A stretch of 51,484 nt of DNA from Mustelus asterias (GCF_964213995.1 NW_027592543.1:1-51484), one strand, 5' to 3'. Shown: positions 1 through 12,871, counted from the stretch's first letter. Notes: generated by a model not told the origin, from the sequence alone. A program made the numbers and translations.

Positions 1-490
1 GGTCCCCCCCATGCCGACACCATAGTTACGAAAGCCCACCAATGCCTCTACTTTCTCAGAAGACTAAGGAAATTTGGCACATCAGCTATGACTCTCACCA
101 ACTTCTACAGATTCACCATAGAAAGCATTCTTTCTGATTGTATCACAGCTCCTGCTCTGCCCAAGACCGCAATAAACTCCAAAGTCATGAACAAAACCCA
201 ATCCATCACGCAAACCGGCCTCCCATCCATTGACTATGTCTACACTTCCCGCTGCCCCCACAAAGCAGCCAGCATAATTAAGGACACCACCCACCCCAGA
301 CATTCTCTCTTCCACCTTCTGTCAGGAAAAAGACACAAAATCAGGACATGTACCAACTGACTCAAGAGCAGCTTCCTCCCTGCTGCCATCAGACTTTTGA
401 ATGGACCTACCTCGCATTCAGTTGATCTTTTTCTGCACCCTCGCTATGACTGTAACACTACATTCTGCACCAGCTCCTTTCCTTCTCGAT
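1..490 (+). mobile_element. Rex1/Babar-clade non-LTR retrotransposon, degenerate 3' fragment
   Basis: Translation LTNFYR.TIESILS.CITA...AQSITQT.LPSID.VYTSRC..KAASIIKD.THP.H.LF.LL.SG resembles the Rex1/Babar ORF C-terminus; same family inverted at 28486-29720. Confidence 0.75.
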
Positions 491-1099
491 GAATAGATTA
501 TCCATTTTACTTTAATTTCACTCACTTTGTGAGCATGTGCAGTGTGTTTAATTGGACCCTGATTGTTTTGAACTCAGTTTCTCTGGAGTGTGTGTCAGTG
601 CCTTGATGATGTCACAATGTTGTCTCAATCCCCTGGCCACATTAACCATTTCATCTCCTGCTGTGTCTCAAGTAGCTGTGTGTGTTTGGGACCCGCTCTT
701 CACTCCATCTCACCATGACTTTAGGCTTGTTATTTTTCACATGTAACAAATCACATCTGCACACTCACTCCGGTATCCCAAAATCATGTCACACATTCTT
801 AACTCTCAGATGCACGAATGAAAAGATCAAAGTGAGTGTCTGTCTTTCTTATCTCCCCCTGTTATGGTGCTGATATTTCATGTAGTGGCCGGGCTTTCAA
901 ATGTGGATTTTTTAATGTGGACAAAGATGTAAATATCACCCAGAGAAAGTGATCAACTTATTCATCCCAGCTACACGTTCCAGACTTTCACTAGACTGTA
1001 GGTGGATACCAGATTGATATATTTCATTCAACCACACCCAAGGTGAATTATTCCAATTCCTTTATTGTCCAGGACAATATATTCACAATATCTTTAAAA

Positions 1100-1446
1100 G
1101 GGCGGCACGGTAGCACAGTGGCTAGCACTGCTGCTTCACAGCTCCAGGGTCCCGGGTTTGATTCCCGGCTTGGGTCACTGTCTGTGTGGAGTTTGCACAT
1201 TCTCCTCGTGTCTGCGTGGGTTTCCTCCGGGTGCTCCGGTTTCCTCCCACAGTCCAAAGATGTGCGGGTTAGGTTGATTGGCCAGGTTAAAAAAAAAAAT
1301 TGCCCCTTAGAGTCCTGGGATGTGTAGGTCAGAGGGATTAGTGGGTAAAATATGTGGGGGTAGGGCTTGGGTGGGATTGTGGTCGGTGCAGACTCGATGG
1401 GCCGAATGGCCTCCTTCTGCACTGTAGGGTTTCTATGATTTCTATG
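1100..1446 (+). mobile_element. HE1-type tRNA-derived shark SINE
   Basis: Head GGGCGGCACGGTAGCACAGTGG with B-box-like GGTTTGATTCC, V-SINE-like core, CR1-like tail ending (TTCTATGA)n; many copies in window. Confidence 0.85.
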
Positions 1447-1519
1447 AAAACAGAAATTAAACATTCCCATTTGATTTCAGACAGGAACATATTCTGTTAG
1501 TTTGTTCTTTATTGTCGAT

Positions 1520-1870
1520 GTCAGGCTGGGGTTGTTCCCCTTGGAGCAAAGGAGGTTGAGGGGAGATTTGATGGAGGTGGACAAGATTCTGACAGGTTTA
1601 GATAAGGTGGACAAAGAAAAGCTGTTCCCATTAGCTGATGGGACAAGGATGAGGTGGGACACAGATTTAAGGCTTTGGGTCAGGGATGGGGGGGGGGGGG
1701 GGGGGGGTGGGGTGGGGAGCGCAGGGGGGAGGGGGGGGCGCGGGGGGATGTGAGGAAGAATATTTTGATGCAGCGAATGGTAATGACCTGGAACTCGCTG
1801 CCTACGAGGGTGGAGGAAGTGGAGACAATAAACAATTACAAAGGAAATTGGATGGGCATTTGGAGGGTTT
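1520..1870 (+). mobile_element. CR1 LINE 3' fragment with expanded poly-G tract (1688-1748)
   Basis: RLGLFPLEQRRLRGDLMEV.KIL.G.DKVD.EKLF motif typical of the CR1 ORF2 end. Confidence 0.8.
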
Positions 1871-1904
1871 CAAACAGAAATGCTGACTAAATATCTCTGA
1901 ACTT

Positions 1905-2134
1905 CCTCACACCCGGTCACTCTGTGATCCGTGTGAAATCTGAAACCAGGTATTCACAACAAGTCTCAAAGAGCATCAGCCCACTGGAGGCAGTTGTGAG
2001 ACCGGTCAGTCCAGCAGAAAGAAACCCCCCGACCCTCCCCATTGACCAACTGTGAGAATGAACAAAATGCAGTCCTGGATGTAATCGAGAGCAGAAACAA
2101 TAACAGCAGAATCCAACCCGTGTGATCACACCGT
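1905..2134 (-). repeat. ZNF-family 3'UTR module (minus), orphaned
   Basis: Closely similar to 11215-11445, which directly follows the stop of the minus-strand ZNF gene. Confidence 0.8.
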
Positions 2135-2484
2135 GAGTTCACACCAGGGAGAGACCGTTCACCTGCTCTGTGTGTGGGAAGGAATTCACTCATTCATCTC
2201 GCCTGCTGAGCCACAATCTCACTCACACCAATGAGACACCCTTTAAATGCTCGGATTGTGAAAGTGGTTTCAAAAGTTCTCGGGATGTGATGTCCCACCA
2301 GCGCACTCACAGTGAGGAGAGACCGTTCAGCTGCTCTCACTGCACAAAGACATTTAGAACGTCATCCCACCTGCGGGAACACCAGCGAGTTCACACTGGG
2401 GAGAGACCGTTCAGCTGCTGTGTGTGTGGGAAAGGATTCACTCAGTCATCCAGCCTGCGGAGACACCAACGGGTTCACGAATGA
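2135..2484 (+). pseudogene. C2H2 zinc-finger gene 3' fragment (4 fingers, no start or 5' part)
   Basis: Four CxxC..HxxxH fingers with TGERPF-type linkers ending HQRVHE*; followed by its own 3'UTR module 2485-2665; 5' side fused to an inverted UTR. Confidence 0.8.
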
Positions 2485-2814
2485 TGACAGGGGTTGGGTT
2501 CTGCTGTTATTGCTGCTGTTGATCACATCCAGGACTGAACCATGTTCATTCTGACAGTTGGTGAAGTGGGAGGGTCGGAGGGTTTCCTCCTGTTGGACTG
2601 GCCGGTCTCACAACTTTGCTTCTAGTTCTCTGGTGCTCTTTGAGCCTGGGAGAGCACATTTCACTGAAAGGACATTTATTTTATCCTAGATCGTAAATAG
2701 TGTTTTTCCGACCACGACAGGTAGATCTAAAATAAATACAGAAAGAGCTGGAAAAACACAACACGTCTTGCAGCATCTGTGGAGAGAGAAACAGTGTTAA
2801 TGTTTCACACGACT

Positions 2815-3000
2815 GGATTGGGAATCAATCTTGTGAACCTCCTCTGAACTGCTTCCAATGCATTTATATCCTTTGTTTAATAGGAGACAAAATTGTACCC
2901 TGTGTTCAAGGTGCAATCTCAGCAACGCCCTGCACAACTGGAGCATAACATCTTTACTTCTATGTTCAATTTCTCTCAGAATAAAGGATAACATTCCATT
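2815..3000 (-). mobile_element. CR1 fragment (preceded by Penelope-like piece ~2728-2810)
   Basis: MLSFILR.IEHRSKDVMLQL.RAL.R.HLE..VQF motif. Confidence 0.7.
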
Positions 3001-3317
3001 TGTAAGAACTTTGATTTATTTGAACTAAGATTTATGGGGGTTCTCTTGTTTACAATAACCTCCCTCATCATAAATCACACCAGGTTCCAGTGACTTAATC
3101 ATATGGCAAGAAAGAATACTTTAAATGGTGAATTCAGAAAGTTTATTAACCATTAAAAATGTAACAAGTCAGAAAGATAAAAAAGCAAAGTATGGATCAA
3201 CAGCAAAAGGAGGAAAGCTGAACTTTAACTTCTCCATCCTTCTCAAACCAGGACATGAAGTGATGGCTCTGAAAACGTGAATAACTTGTAAAACTAACAG
3301 CTCTCAACGTCTCTCTG

Positions 3318-4520
3318 TAGGGCACAGTGTGAGGCACTGCTGCCTCACAGCAGAGGGTTCGAGTCCCGGCTTGGGTCACTGGCCGTGCGGAGTTTGCCCA
3401 TTCTCCCCGTGTCTGTGCAGGTTTCCTCCGGGTGCTCCAGTTTCCTCCCACAGTCCGAAAGATGCGCTGGTTGGGTACATTGGCTATGCTAAATTCTCCC
3501 TCAGTTTACTTCAGTAAGTTTGCGGACGACACAAAATTGGCAGGACTTGCAGATAGTGAGGAGCATTGTCAGAAGCTACAGAAGGATATAGATAGGCTGG
3601 AAATTTGGGCAAAGAAATGGCAGATGGAGTTCAATCCTGATAAATGCGAAGTGATGCATTTTGGTAGAAATAATGTAGGGAGGAGCTATACGATAAATGG
3701 CAGAACCATAAAGGGTGTAGATACGCAGAGGGACCTGGGTGTGCAAGTCCACAGATCCTTGAAAGTGACGTCACAGGTGGAGAAGGCGGTGAAGAAGGCA
3801 TATGGCATGCTTACCTTTATAGGACGGGGCATAGAGTATAAAAGTTGGGGTCTGATGTTGCAGATGTATAGAAAGTTGGTTCGGCCGCATTTGGAATACT
3901 GCGTCCAGTTCTGGTCGCCACACTACCAGAAGGATGTGGAGGCTTTGGAGAGAGTACAGGGGAGGTTTACCAGGATGTTGCCTGGTATGGAGGGGCTTAG
4001 TTATGAGGAGAGACTGGGTAAACTGGGGTTGTTCTCCCTGGAAAGACGGAGGATGAGGGGAGACTTAATAGAGGTGTATAAAATTATGAAAGGCATAGAT
4101 AGGGTGAATGGTGGGAAGCTTTTCCCCAGGTCGGTGGTGACGTTCACGAGGGGTCATAGGTTCAAGGTGAAGGGAGGGTAGGTTTAACACAGATATCAGA
4201 CGGACATATTTTACACAGAGGGTGGTGGGGGCCTGGAATGCGCTGCCAGGCAAGGTGGTGGAGGCAGACACACTGGGAACGTTTAAGACTTATCTAGACA
4301 GCCATATGAACGGAGTGGGAATGGAGGGATACAAAAGAATGGTCTCGTTTGGACCAGGGAGCGGCGCGGGCTTGGAGGGCCGAAGGGCCTGTTCCTGTGC
4401 TGTATTGTTCTTTGTTCTTTGTACCCAAACAGGTGCCAGAGTGTGGCGACTGGGGGATTTTCAGAGTAACTTCATTGCAATGTTAATGTAAGTCTATGTG
4501 TGACACTAATAAACAAACTA
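3318..4520 (+). mobile_element. SINE split by a CR1 insertion (head 3318-3505, tail 4421-4520)
   Basis: SINE text GCTAAATTCTCCCTCAGT resumes as GTACCCAAACAGGTGCCAGAGTGTGGCGAC after the CR1; related uninterrupted copies at 27255 and 28185. Confidence 0.75.
3506..4420 (+). mobile_element. 5'-truncated CR1 LINE (RT C-terminus + 3'UTR)
   Basis: SKFADDTK...WQMEFNPDKCEVMHFG...LVRPHLEYCVQFWSP...RRMRGDLIEVYKIM open to 4181; tail (TTGTTCT)n. Confidence 0.92.
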
Positions 4521-5185
4521 TAAAAAAAGTTAACTTTTAAAAACTTTTACCAAATTGGTTTCTCGAATCCCCTTTTTTATACTTTAAAAATGTAGAAAGC
4601 CATCCTCAGCTAATTGTTAGGAATTAGTGAATTGGTCTATAACTTGTCAATAATGAAATTGATTTGGTTTTTAGCTAATCGCACACATTGTCTTAATTTT
4701 AAGACATATCTTTCTCTCAAACGATATCTCTTAGCTTGGGGTAGCCTGATAATTGGGTCGACCGATAATTGGTTCACATCAGTCATTCAATGTTGAGACA
4801 TCTTGAACAGGAGCCGATTCATTCCCTCCAGTCAAGGTTAACAAGTCCTTTCATCTTTTTTTATTCTGTCAGCATGGGAAGGGAACATCTGATAATTCCC
4901 ACAGCATTTTAACCATTCTTAATGTGTTTATAATTCTAAAAGTTATAAACTTGTGTTCAAATTTACATTTCCAGCCTTTATAACATCTGTATTAATGAAT
5001 CATTATTTAATTGTCTCACAATTAAGGCTGTCTATTTAACTAATCTGGCTGCTTTCCCATTGTGGGAACTTCAGGCCACAAAAAAGGTAGTTAGAGTCGT
5101 AGAGGTTTACAGCATGGAAACAGGCCCTTCGGCCCAACTTGTCCATGCCGCCCAGTTTTTACCACTAAACTCGTCCTAATTGCCC

Positions 5186-5345
5186 TGTAATATTACTCAT
5201 GATCTGTGCTTCCAAGCATTTTGAATGTGCATCTACAACAAGCAAACACATGTGATTCATGAAAGGCCCCCCAAGGGCCACATGTAGTCTGGACCACGGC
5301 CTATCAGGCCACCCCCAAGGATGAAGTGGTAATGTACCCAGTGTG
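5186..5345 (-). mobile_element. Ty3/Gypsy integrase core fragment
   Basis: PLHPW.WP.RPWSRLH....GPFM.HM.L.VVDAHSK..E...M matches the start of the Gypsy rve domain. Confidence 0.8.
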
Positions 5346-7380
5346 TTGGGGGGAATGAACTCAGAAGAATCATTCAACACTCAAACCTGATTCAATCGAC
5401 AAACAGTTTATTGAGCTAGGCCAGCGGGGAGAAGCCACAGGGACTGACCATGTGCAACTCCACCCAAAGAAAATCATCAATTCTTATACAGCTACTCAAC
5501 CCATCCTGGCTGGACACAATCCAATCAGAATGGTGATAGATTACATACATTACATATAGGTGCAATTAAATTAGTATCTGGGCATCATGGGGCTTTGTGA
5601 TCATCTCATGAACAGATAGGTGCCCCCATCATGATGCTTTCCAGACCCCCTTATCTACCATCCTTGGGGTCTTCTTTGTACATAGACTCCCTTCGTTTGA
5701 AAAGGGGTGGATTAAAAGTTCTCAAATGGATGTCAGCACCCTTCCTTTGTTTTAATCTAACAACCACACGGTCTGGGAATCATTTCTATTTAATAATCTC
5801 TCCTTTTAAACTCTGTTCTTCAGTATCCAACTCCAGAATTTTCCTTTTCATTGTGTTAATTGTGTCAGGAATAAATCTTTGGACCTGACAGGAAGTTTAA
5901 CCCAAGATCAATCCAACACAGGATTGGTCAGAATCGTTTCATCTGTACCAAATTTTAAATAACTGAAGGGGGCGACCTTTATGCTTAAGACGACTTTTAT
6001 GCTTAATATCATGGATATTTTTACGTGTGTATATCAAATTTATTTTAAAATATTGTCAACAGTTCACAGCAATGCGATGACTCATGGAGAGGCTCCTTGC
6101 ATCCCCTAATCACTTCAGACAGCCTTAATCACTTTCGACTCCAAGCAGGGAAACACAGACAATAGCTCAACTGATTAGATTATGCAAGAAGCTCAAATCA
6201 CAAAGGGAGCCCTCCAGAAACAGATCAGCCCAGGGGAAATGGGATCAGCTCCACCTATCTATAATGGCTGTTTTAATATCTCGCTATTGTGCCACTGCTT
6301 TGTGTTATGAGCAGATACTGATCATGTAACTTGTAGTAAATGATGAGCCTATTACCATATGTTTGACACGAAGTTCAAAACCCTATAAACTGTAAAGCGC
6401 ACAATGGCCAGGCAGAGCAGTTGACTAGCAGCTGTCTCTCCCCAGGCCTGCAGTTTTGTTATTTTAAACAGAGAATAAAATTTGTGTTGCCTTTTTGTAC
6501 TGTACTCATGTCTGCTTGTCTTTAATGCTGGTAGGAAGTGAGAAAACTTCCCCTTACAATAACCATTACAAATTAAAACTCTCATTTTCATGAGTGAGTT
6601 TTATCTGGATTAAAATTCCCACATGTTTAGTAAAATATCCTGGAATCCTGTCTCTGGTCAGTAAATATGGCTCCAGGTTCATAACTTTTGAAAAAAAAAG
6701 CTTTATTCATTACACTTCCATTTTAAAAATCTGTTTGATTTAAATCACAGACAAAAAACCTCAAAGCTTAAAGCGTTCAACCCACAAATATCATCCACAC
6801 ACAAACAGAGAAACTTAGCATGTGCTTTACAATAACAATAACCAAAATTAATTACTTAAGCATTCTTCTGATTCTGTTTTTAAACTCCCAAAAATGCCTT
6901 TAATTAAAGACTCAAGGTAAGGTTAATTCCCCAGAAAGATAAACCTTAACAAATGTAGCCCAAAACAATGATAAAACACATCTACAAACATGCACAGAAA
7001 ACAAACAAAACACACAGATTCTCACAGCTTGTAAATTTCAAACAATGAATCCTCAGCATTCTCTCTCGCAGCTATAACTTCTTAAAGCGACAGAGCACTA
7101 CAAGCTCACAACTCCTTGATTAAAATAAGATGCAAGATCCTTCATTGTAACTTAACCCTTTTTAAGCCAACTTCCAAGGCCTGATTTTATCGGCAACATC
7201 TAATCTTTGTTGATTTAAAATCCCAAACACGTTACCAGCTGCAAACTCTTTGTTCTTTATCTGGGGTTGAGGTGACAACAATATAAAATTCTCAGTTATT
7301 CCAAATTCCTCCAGGCTACGCTTAAAATTTCCACATTTAATTGGCTCTAATAAATCCACAATTATAAACTAAAATAGACA
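5346..7380. mobile_element. Probable LTR-element-derived sequence (LTR-like segments ~5346-5890 and ~5944-6558)
   Basis: TG...CA-bounded segments containing AATAAA in opposite orientations; no TSD or protein match confirmed. Confidence 0.3.
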
Positions 7381-7434
7381 CGAGTTTCTGGGCGATTTAA
7401 AAACAAGTTAAAAACAAGATGCCAGAGGAAAGAT

Positions 7435-10345
7435 AGAACAGGAGGAAAGAAACGAGGGGGAGTTGCACTTTTGATTCAGGAAAACATCACGGCAGTACTG
7501 AGAGGGGATATATCCGAGGGTTCGCCCACTGAGTCGATATAAGAAGGGGGAAATCACTTTGATAGAGTTGTACTATAGGCCCCCAAATAGTCGGTGGAAA
7601 ATTGAGGAGCAAATATGTAAGGAGATTACAGATAGTTCCAAGAAAAATAGGGTGGTAATAATAGGGGATTTTAACTTTTCCAACATTGACTGGGACAGAC
7701 ACAGTATTCGAGGCTTGGATGGGGAGAAATTTGTTGAGTGTATTCAGGAGGAATTTCTCATTCAGTATGTGGATGGCCCGACTAGAGAGGGGCAAAACTT
7801 CACCTCCTCTTGGGAAATAAGGAAGGGCAGGTGATAGAAGTGTGAGTGAGGGATCACTTTGGGACCAGTGACCATAATTCCATTAGTTTTAAGATACCTA
7901 TGGAAAATGATTGGTCAGGTCCAAAAGTTAAAATTCTAAATTAGGGCAAGGCTAATGTTGATGGTATCAGGCAGGAACTTTCGACAGTTAACTGGGGGAG
8001 TCTGTGGGAAGGCAAAGGGACGTCTGGTAAGTGGGAGGCTTTCAAAAGTGTTTTAACCAGGGTTCAGTGTAAGCACATTGCTCTTAGAGTGATGGGCAAG
8101 GCTGGTAGAAGTCGGGAACCCTGGATGACTCAAGATATTGAGGCCCTGGTCAAGAAGAAGAAGGAGGCACATGACATGCATAGGCAGCTGGGATCAAGTG
8201 GATCCCTTGAAGAGTATAGAGGGTGTAAGAGTAGAATTAAGAGAGAAATCAGGAGGACAAAAAGGGGACACGAGATTGTTTTGGCAGATAAGGCAAAGGA
8301 GAATCCAAAGAGGTTCTATAAATACATAAAGGGCCAAAGAGTAACTCGGGAGAGAGTAGGGCCTCTTAAGGATCAACAAGGACATCTATGTGCGGATCCA
8401 CAAGAGATGGGTGAGATCATAAATGAATATTTTTCATCATTATTTATTGTTGAGAAAAGCATGGATGTTAGGGAACTTGGGGAAATAAAGTGATGTCTTG
8501 AGAAGTGTACTTATAACAGAGAAGGAGGTGCTGGAAGTCATAAAGCGCATCAAGGTAGATAAATCCCCGGGACCTGATGAAGTGTATCCCAGAACACTGT
8601 GGGAGGCTAGAGAGGAAATTGCGGGTCTCCGAGCAGAGATATTTGAATCATTGATAGTCACGGGTGAGGTGCCTGAAGATTGGAGGGTGGCAAATGTTGA
8701 GCCTTTGTTTAAAAAGGGCTGCAGGGAAAAGTCTGGGAACTACAGGCCGGTGTGATTCACATCTGTAAGTTGTCAGAAGGTATTTGAGAGACAGGATCTA
8801 CAGGCATTTAGAGATGCAGGGACTGATTAGGGACGGTCAGCATGGCTTTGTGAGTGGAAAATCATGTCTCACAAATTTGATTGAGTTTTTTGAAGGGGTA
8901 ACCAAGAAGGTAGATGAGGGCAGTACAGGTGATGCTGTCTACATGGACTTTAGCAAGGCCTTTGACAAGGTACCGCATGGTAGATTGTTGCTTAAGGTTA
9001 AATCTAATGGAATCCAGGGTGAGTTCGCCAAATGGATACAAAACTGGCTTGATGACAGAAGACAGAGGGTGGTTGTAGAAGGTTGTTTTTCAAACTGGAG
9101 CCTGTGACCAGCGGTGTGCCTCAAGGATCGGTGCTGGGTCCACTGTTATTTGTCATTTATATTAATGATTTGGATGAGAATGTAGGAGGCATGGTTAGTA
9201 AGTTTTCAGATGACACCAAGGTTGGTGGTATCGTGGACAGTGAAGAAGGTTATCTAGGATTGTAGCATGATCTTGTTGGGACGTCTTGTTGAAGTTGTAC
9301 AAGACATAGGTAAGGCCACACTTGGAATACTGTGTACAGTTCTGGTCACCCTATTATAGAAAGCATATTATTAAACTGGAAAGAGTGCAGAAAAGATTTA
9401 CTAGGATGCTACCGGGACTTGGTGGTTTGAGTTATAAAGAGAGGCTGGATAGACTGGGACTTTTTTCCCTGGAATGTAGGAGGCTGAGGGGTGAACTTAT
9501 AGAGGTCTATAAAATAATGAGGGGCCAGTGGACTGACAAATGGCAGATGGAGTTTAATTCAGATAAATGCGAGGTGATACATTTTGGGCGATCGAACCAG
9601 GGCAAGACTTACTCAGTTAATGGTAGGGTGTTGGGGAGAGTTACAGAACAGAGATCTAGGGGTACAGGTTCATAGCTCCTTGAAAATGGAGTTGCAGGTG
9701 GACAGAGTGGTGAAGAAGGCATTCTGCATGTTGGTCAGAACATTGAATACAGGAGTTGGGACGTCTTGTTGAAGTTGTACAAGACATTGGTAAGGCCACA
9801 CTTGGAATACTGTGTACAGTTCTGGTCACCCTATTATAGAAAGCATATTATTAAACCAGAAAGAGTGCAGAAAAGATTTACTGGGATGCTACCGGGACTT
9901 GGTGGTTTGAGTTATAAAGAGAGGCTGGATAGACTGGGACTTTTTTCCCTGGAATGTAGAAGGCTGAGGGGTGACCTTATAGAGGTCTATAAAATAATGA
10001 GGGGCATAGATCAGCTATATAGTCAATATCTTTTCCCAAAGGTAGGGGAGTCTAAAACTAGAGGGCATAGGTTTAAGGTGAGAGGGGAGAGACACAGAAG
10101 GATCCAGAGGGGCATTTGTTTCACACAGAGGGTGGTGAGTGTCTGAAAAAAGGTGCCAGAGGTAGTAGTAGAGGCGGGTGCAATTTTGTCTTTTAAAAAG
10201 CGTTTAGACAGTTACATGGGTAAGATGGGTGTCGCGGGATATGGGCCAAACGTGGGCAATTGGGACTAGCACAGGGGTTAAAAAAGGGGCGGCATGGACA
10301 AGTTGGGCAGAAGGGCCCGTTTCCAAGCTGGAAACCTCTATGACT
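7435..10345 (+). mobile_element. Degenerate CR1 LINE ORF2 (endonuclease + RT) and 3'UTR
   Basis: YYRPPN..GDFNF.NIDW (APE endonuclease); [46 protein letters not shown] (RT); several stops and frameshifts; internal duplication 9274-9524. Confidence 0.93.
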
Positions 10346-10729
10346 AAATGAACTGTCTGCTGAAAGGGTTAACTTTTCTACAGAATCTAAAGGGGTGGGG
10401 AGTGAACAGAAAACACTTGGCACACAATTACATCACTTTACATAATTTTAAAAAACTTCTCCAACAACAAAATAAAGTTGATTTTAAACTTAATCTATTA
10501 ATTCTTTTGTTCTCTTCCTCAACCTAATTATTTTTATTTGATCAGTTTTTGTTGGGGATGGGTAACTTCTGTTCTTTATAAACTGGTTCACTGGTTTTGT
10601 TGATTCTACATGGGCTCGGAGAATCAGAACCCAGACTTTATCATCCTTATCCTTTTTCTTCCTTTGCCACCACTCCCTCTGTTTTGCGGGAGGGTCGTGG
10701 GGATTCCAATCAGAACTAATCATTTTATC

Positions 10730-10905
10730 ATAAAAGTAAAATACTGCGGATGCTGGAATCTGAAACAAAAACAGTAAATGCTGGAAAATCTCAGCGGGTC
10801 TGACAGCATCTGTGAAGAATGGAGCCAAGGTTTCGATAATGGATGACCCTTCATAACAGCTCTTATGAAGCATCATTCAGACTCAAAATGTTGGCTCTGT
10901 TCTCT
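10730..10905. mobile_element. Penelope-like non-autonomous element with fold-back end
   Basis: AAATACTGCGGATGCTGGAATCTGAAAC...CAGCATCTGTG; related copy at 12685-12871; decayed hammerhead-like cores. Confidence 0.6.
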
Positions 10906-10939
10906 AATCATTTTATCGATACGTTTCTTGTTCTTAGTT

Positions 10940-11212
10940 TTAGGTTTAAAGTGAGAGGGGAGAGATACAAAAGGGTCCAGAGGGGCAGTTTTTCACTCAG
11001 GTCGTGGTGAGTGTCTGGAATGAGTTGCCAGAGGCAGTGGGAGAGGCGGGTATAATTCTGTCTTTTAAAAAGCATTTAGACAGTTACATGGTAAGATGGG
11101 TACAGAGGGATATGGGCAAAATACGGGCAATTGGGACTTGTTCAGTGGTAAAAACTGAGCGGCATGGACAAGTTGGGCCGAAGGGCCTGTTTCCATGTTG
11201 TAAACCTCTATA
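10940..11212 (+). mobile_element. CR1 3' end
   Basis: Similar to 10068-10345. Confidence 0.8.
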
Positions 11213-11438
11213 ACTTCCTAACACCCTGTCACTCTGTGATTCTTGTGAAATCTGAAACCAGGTATTTGCAACAAGACTCAAAGAGCATCAGCCCACTGGA
11301 GGCAAAGTCATGAGACCAGCGAGTCAACAAAAAGAAACCCTCCGACCCTCCCCATTGACCAACTGTGAGAATGAACAAAATGCAGTCCTGGATGTAATTG
11401 AGAGCAGAAACAATAACAGCAGAATCCAACCCCTGGAA

Positions 11439-12197
11439 TCACTCGTGAACTTGTTGGTGTCTCAGCAGCTGGGATGAAACTGTGAATCCCTTCCCACACA
11501 CAGAGCAGGTGAACGGCCTCTCCCCAGTGTGAACTCGTTGGTGTCTCTGCAGGTGGGATGACTGAGTGAATCCCTTCCCACACTGAGAGCAGGTGAACGG
11601 CCTCTCCCCAGTGTGAACTCGCTGGTGTGCCCGCAGGTTAGGTGAGTTACTGAATCCCTTCCCACACTGAGAGCAGATGAATGGTTTCTCCCCAGTGTGA
11701 ACTCGCTGGTGTATCCACAGGCTGGATAACAGAATGAATCCCTTCCCACACTGAGAGCAGGTGAACGGCCTCTCCCCAGTGTGACGTCGCTGGTGTCTCT
11801 GCAGGTTGGCTGACTGAGTGAATTCTTGCCCACACTGAGAGCACGTGAACGGTCTCTCTCCAGTGTGAACTCGCTGGTGTGTCCGCAGGCTGGATAACTG
11901 AGTGAATCCCTTCTCACACTGAGAGCAGATGAATGGCCTCTCCCCAGTGTGAACTCGCTGGTGTCTCTGCAGGTCGGGTAACTGAGTGAATCCCTTCCCA
12001 CACTGAGAGCAGGTAAATGGCCTCTCTCCAGTGTGAACTCGCTGGTGTCTCTGCATGAGGGAAAGCCGAGTGAATCCCTTCCCACACTGAGAGCAGATGA
12101 ATGGTCTCTCCCCAGTGTGGCTGCGCCGATGAGCTTCCAGCTTAGATGGGGCTCTGTATCCCTTCCCACAGTCCGCACATTTCCATGGTTTCTCCAT
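11439..12197 (-). CDS. Tandem C2H2 zinc-finger protein, 9 fingers, 252 aa, no KRAB/SCAN (ZNF-A)
   Basis: accATGg start ([13 protein letters not shown]), nine 28-aa fingers with TGERPF linkers, ends HQQVHE*; acceptor TTTTACAG at 12549-12550; candidate exon-1 donor at 14224-14225. Confidence 0.9.
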   Translation of the reverse strand: MEKPWKCADCGKGYRAPSKLEAHRRSHTGERPFICSQCGKGFTRLSLMQRHQRVHTGERPFTCSQCGKGFTQLPDLQRHQRVHTGERPFICSQCEKGFTQLSSLRTHQRVHTGERPFTCSQCGQEFTQSANLQRHQRRHTGERPFTCSQCGKGFILLSSLWIHQRVHTGEKPFICSQCGKGFSNSPNLRAHQRVHTGERPFTCSQCGKGFTQSSHLQRHQRVHTGERPFTCSVCGKGFTVSSQLLRHQQVHE

Positions 12198-12684
12198 GGT
12201 CCAGGTGTCCTTACCTCTCTCTTGAGTGGACAATTAGTTGAAACTTCGTCCACACACAGAACAAGATTACAGTCTCTCCCCGCTGTGAATGGTGTGATAT
12301 TTATTCAGACTGTGTAACTGGTTAAAGCTCTTTAGTCAGTGCAGTGGAACACTCTCACTCAAGTGTGGCAGTGTGTCGATGCTTTTTCACTCACACTGAC
12401 ATTTCAAATGTTTTCAAATCGACAGACTGGACAATCATTTCTCCTTCTGGATTCAAAATCCGATGACATTGAGGTCCCAAGGAATATGACTCTGTCACGT
12501 CTCGACGTGATGTTTGAGATTTCAGCCTGTGATTCCTCTTTCAATATCCTGTAAAATGAGTTTCCAAAAGTCATCAGTGTCAGTACAGGATAGAAATTCA
12601 GAACAGACAATTTCTATGGAACATTCTTTCCTCTCTCATTCCCCAAAAGCTGTAAATCTCCATCCCACACACTCTCTCCCCATT

Positions 12685-12871
12685 CTCAGCAGGTCTGGCA
12701 GCATCTGTATGGAGAGAAAAGAACTGATGTTTCAGAGCTTTGACAAAGGGTCATTTAGACAAGAAACATCAGCTCTTTTCTCTCCTTACAGATGCTGCCA
12801 GACCTGCTGAGATTTTCCAGCATTTTCTCTCTTGGTTTCAGATTCCAGCATCCGCAGTAATTTGCTTTTAT
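12685..12871 (+). mobile_element. Penelope-like element with ~48-bp inverted arms and decayed hammerhead
   Basis: TCAGCAGGTCTGGCAGCATCTGTA...TACAGATGCTGCCAGACCTGCTGA; middle reads as a mutated CTGACGA-GGGTC..GAC-GAAAC core. Confidence 0.65.

Noticed and set aside
1100-1175. tRNA genes and RSS heptamers (CACAGTG) in SINE heads
   Set aside because: A/B boxes belong to SINEs, no full cloverleaf, no nonamer at 12/23 spacing.
1688-1748. Gly-rich ORF / functional G-quadruplex
   Set aside because: Poly-G expansion inside a dead CR1 fragment; homopolymer length may be unreliable.
11462-12253. Long alternative-frame ORFs over ZNF genes (also 17051-17764)
   Set aside because: Shadow frames of the repetitive finger codon pattern.
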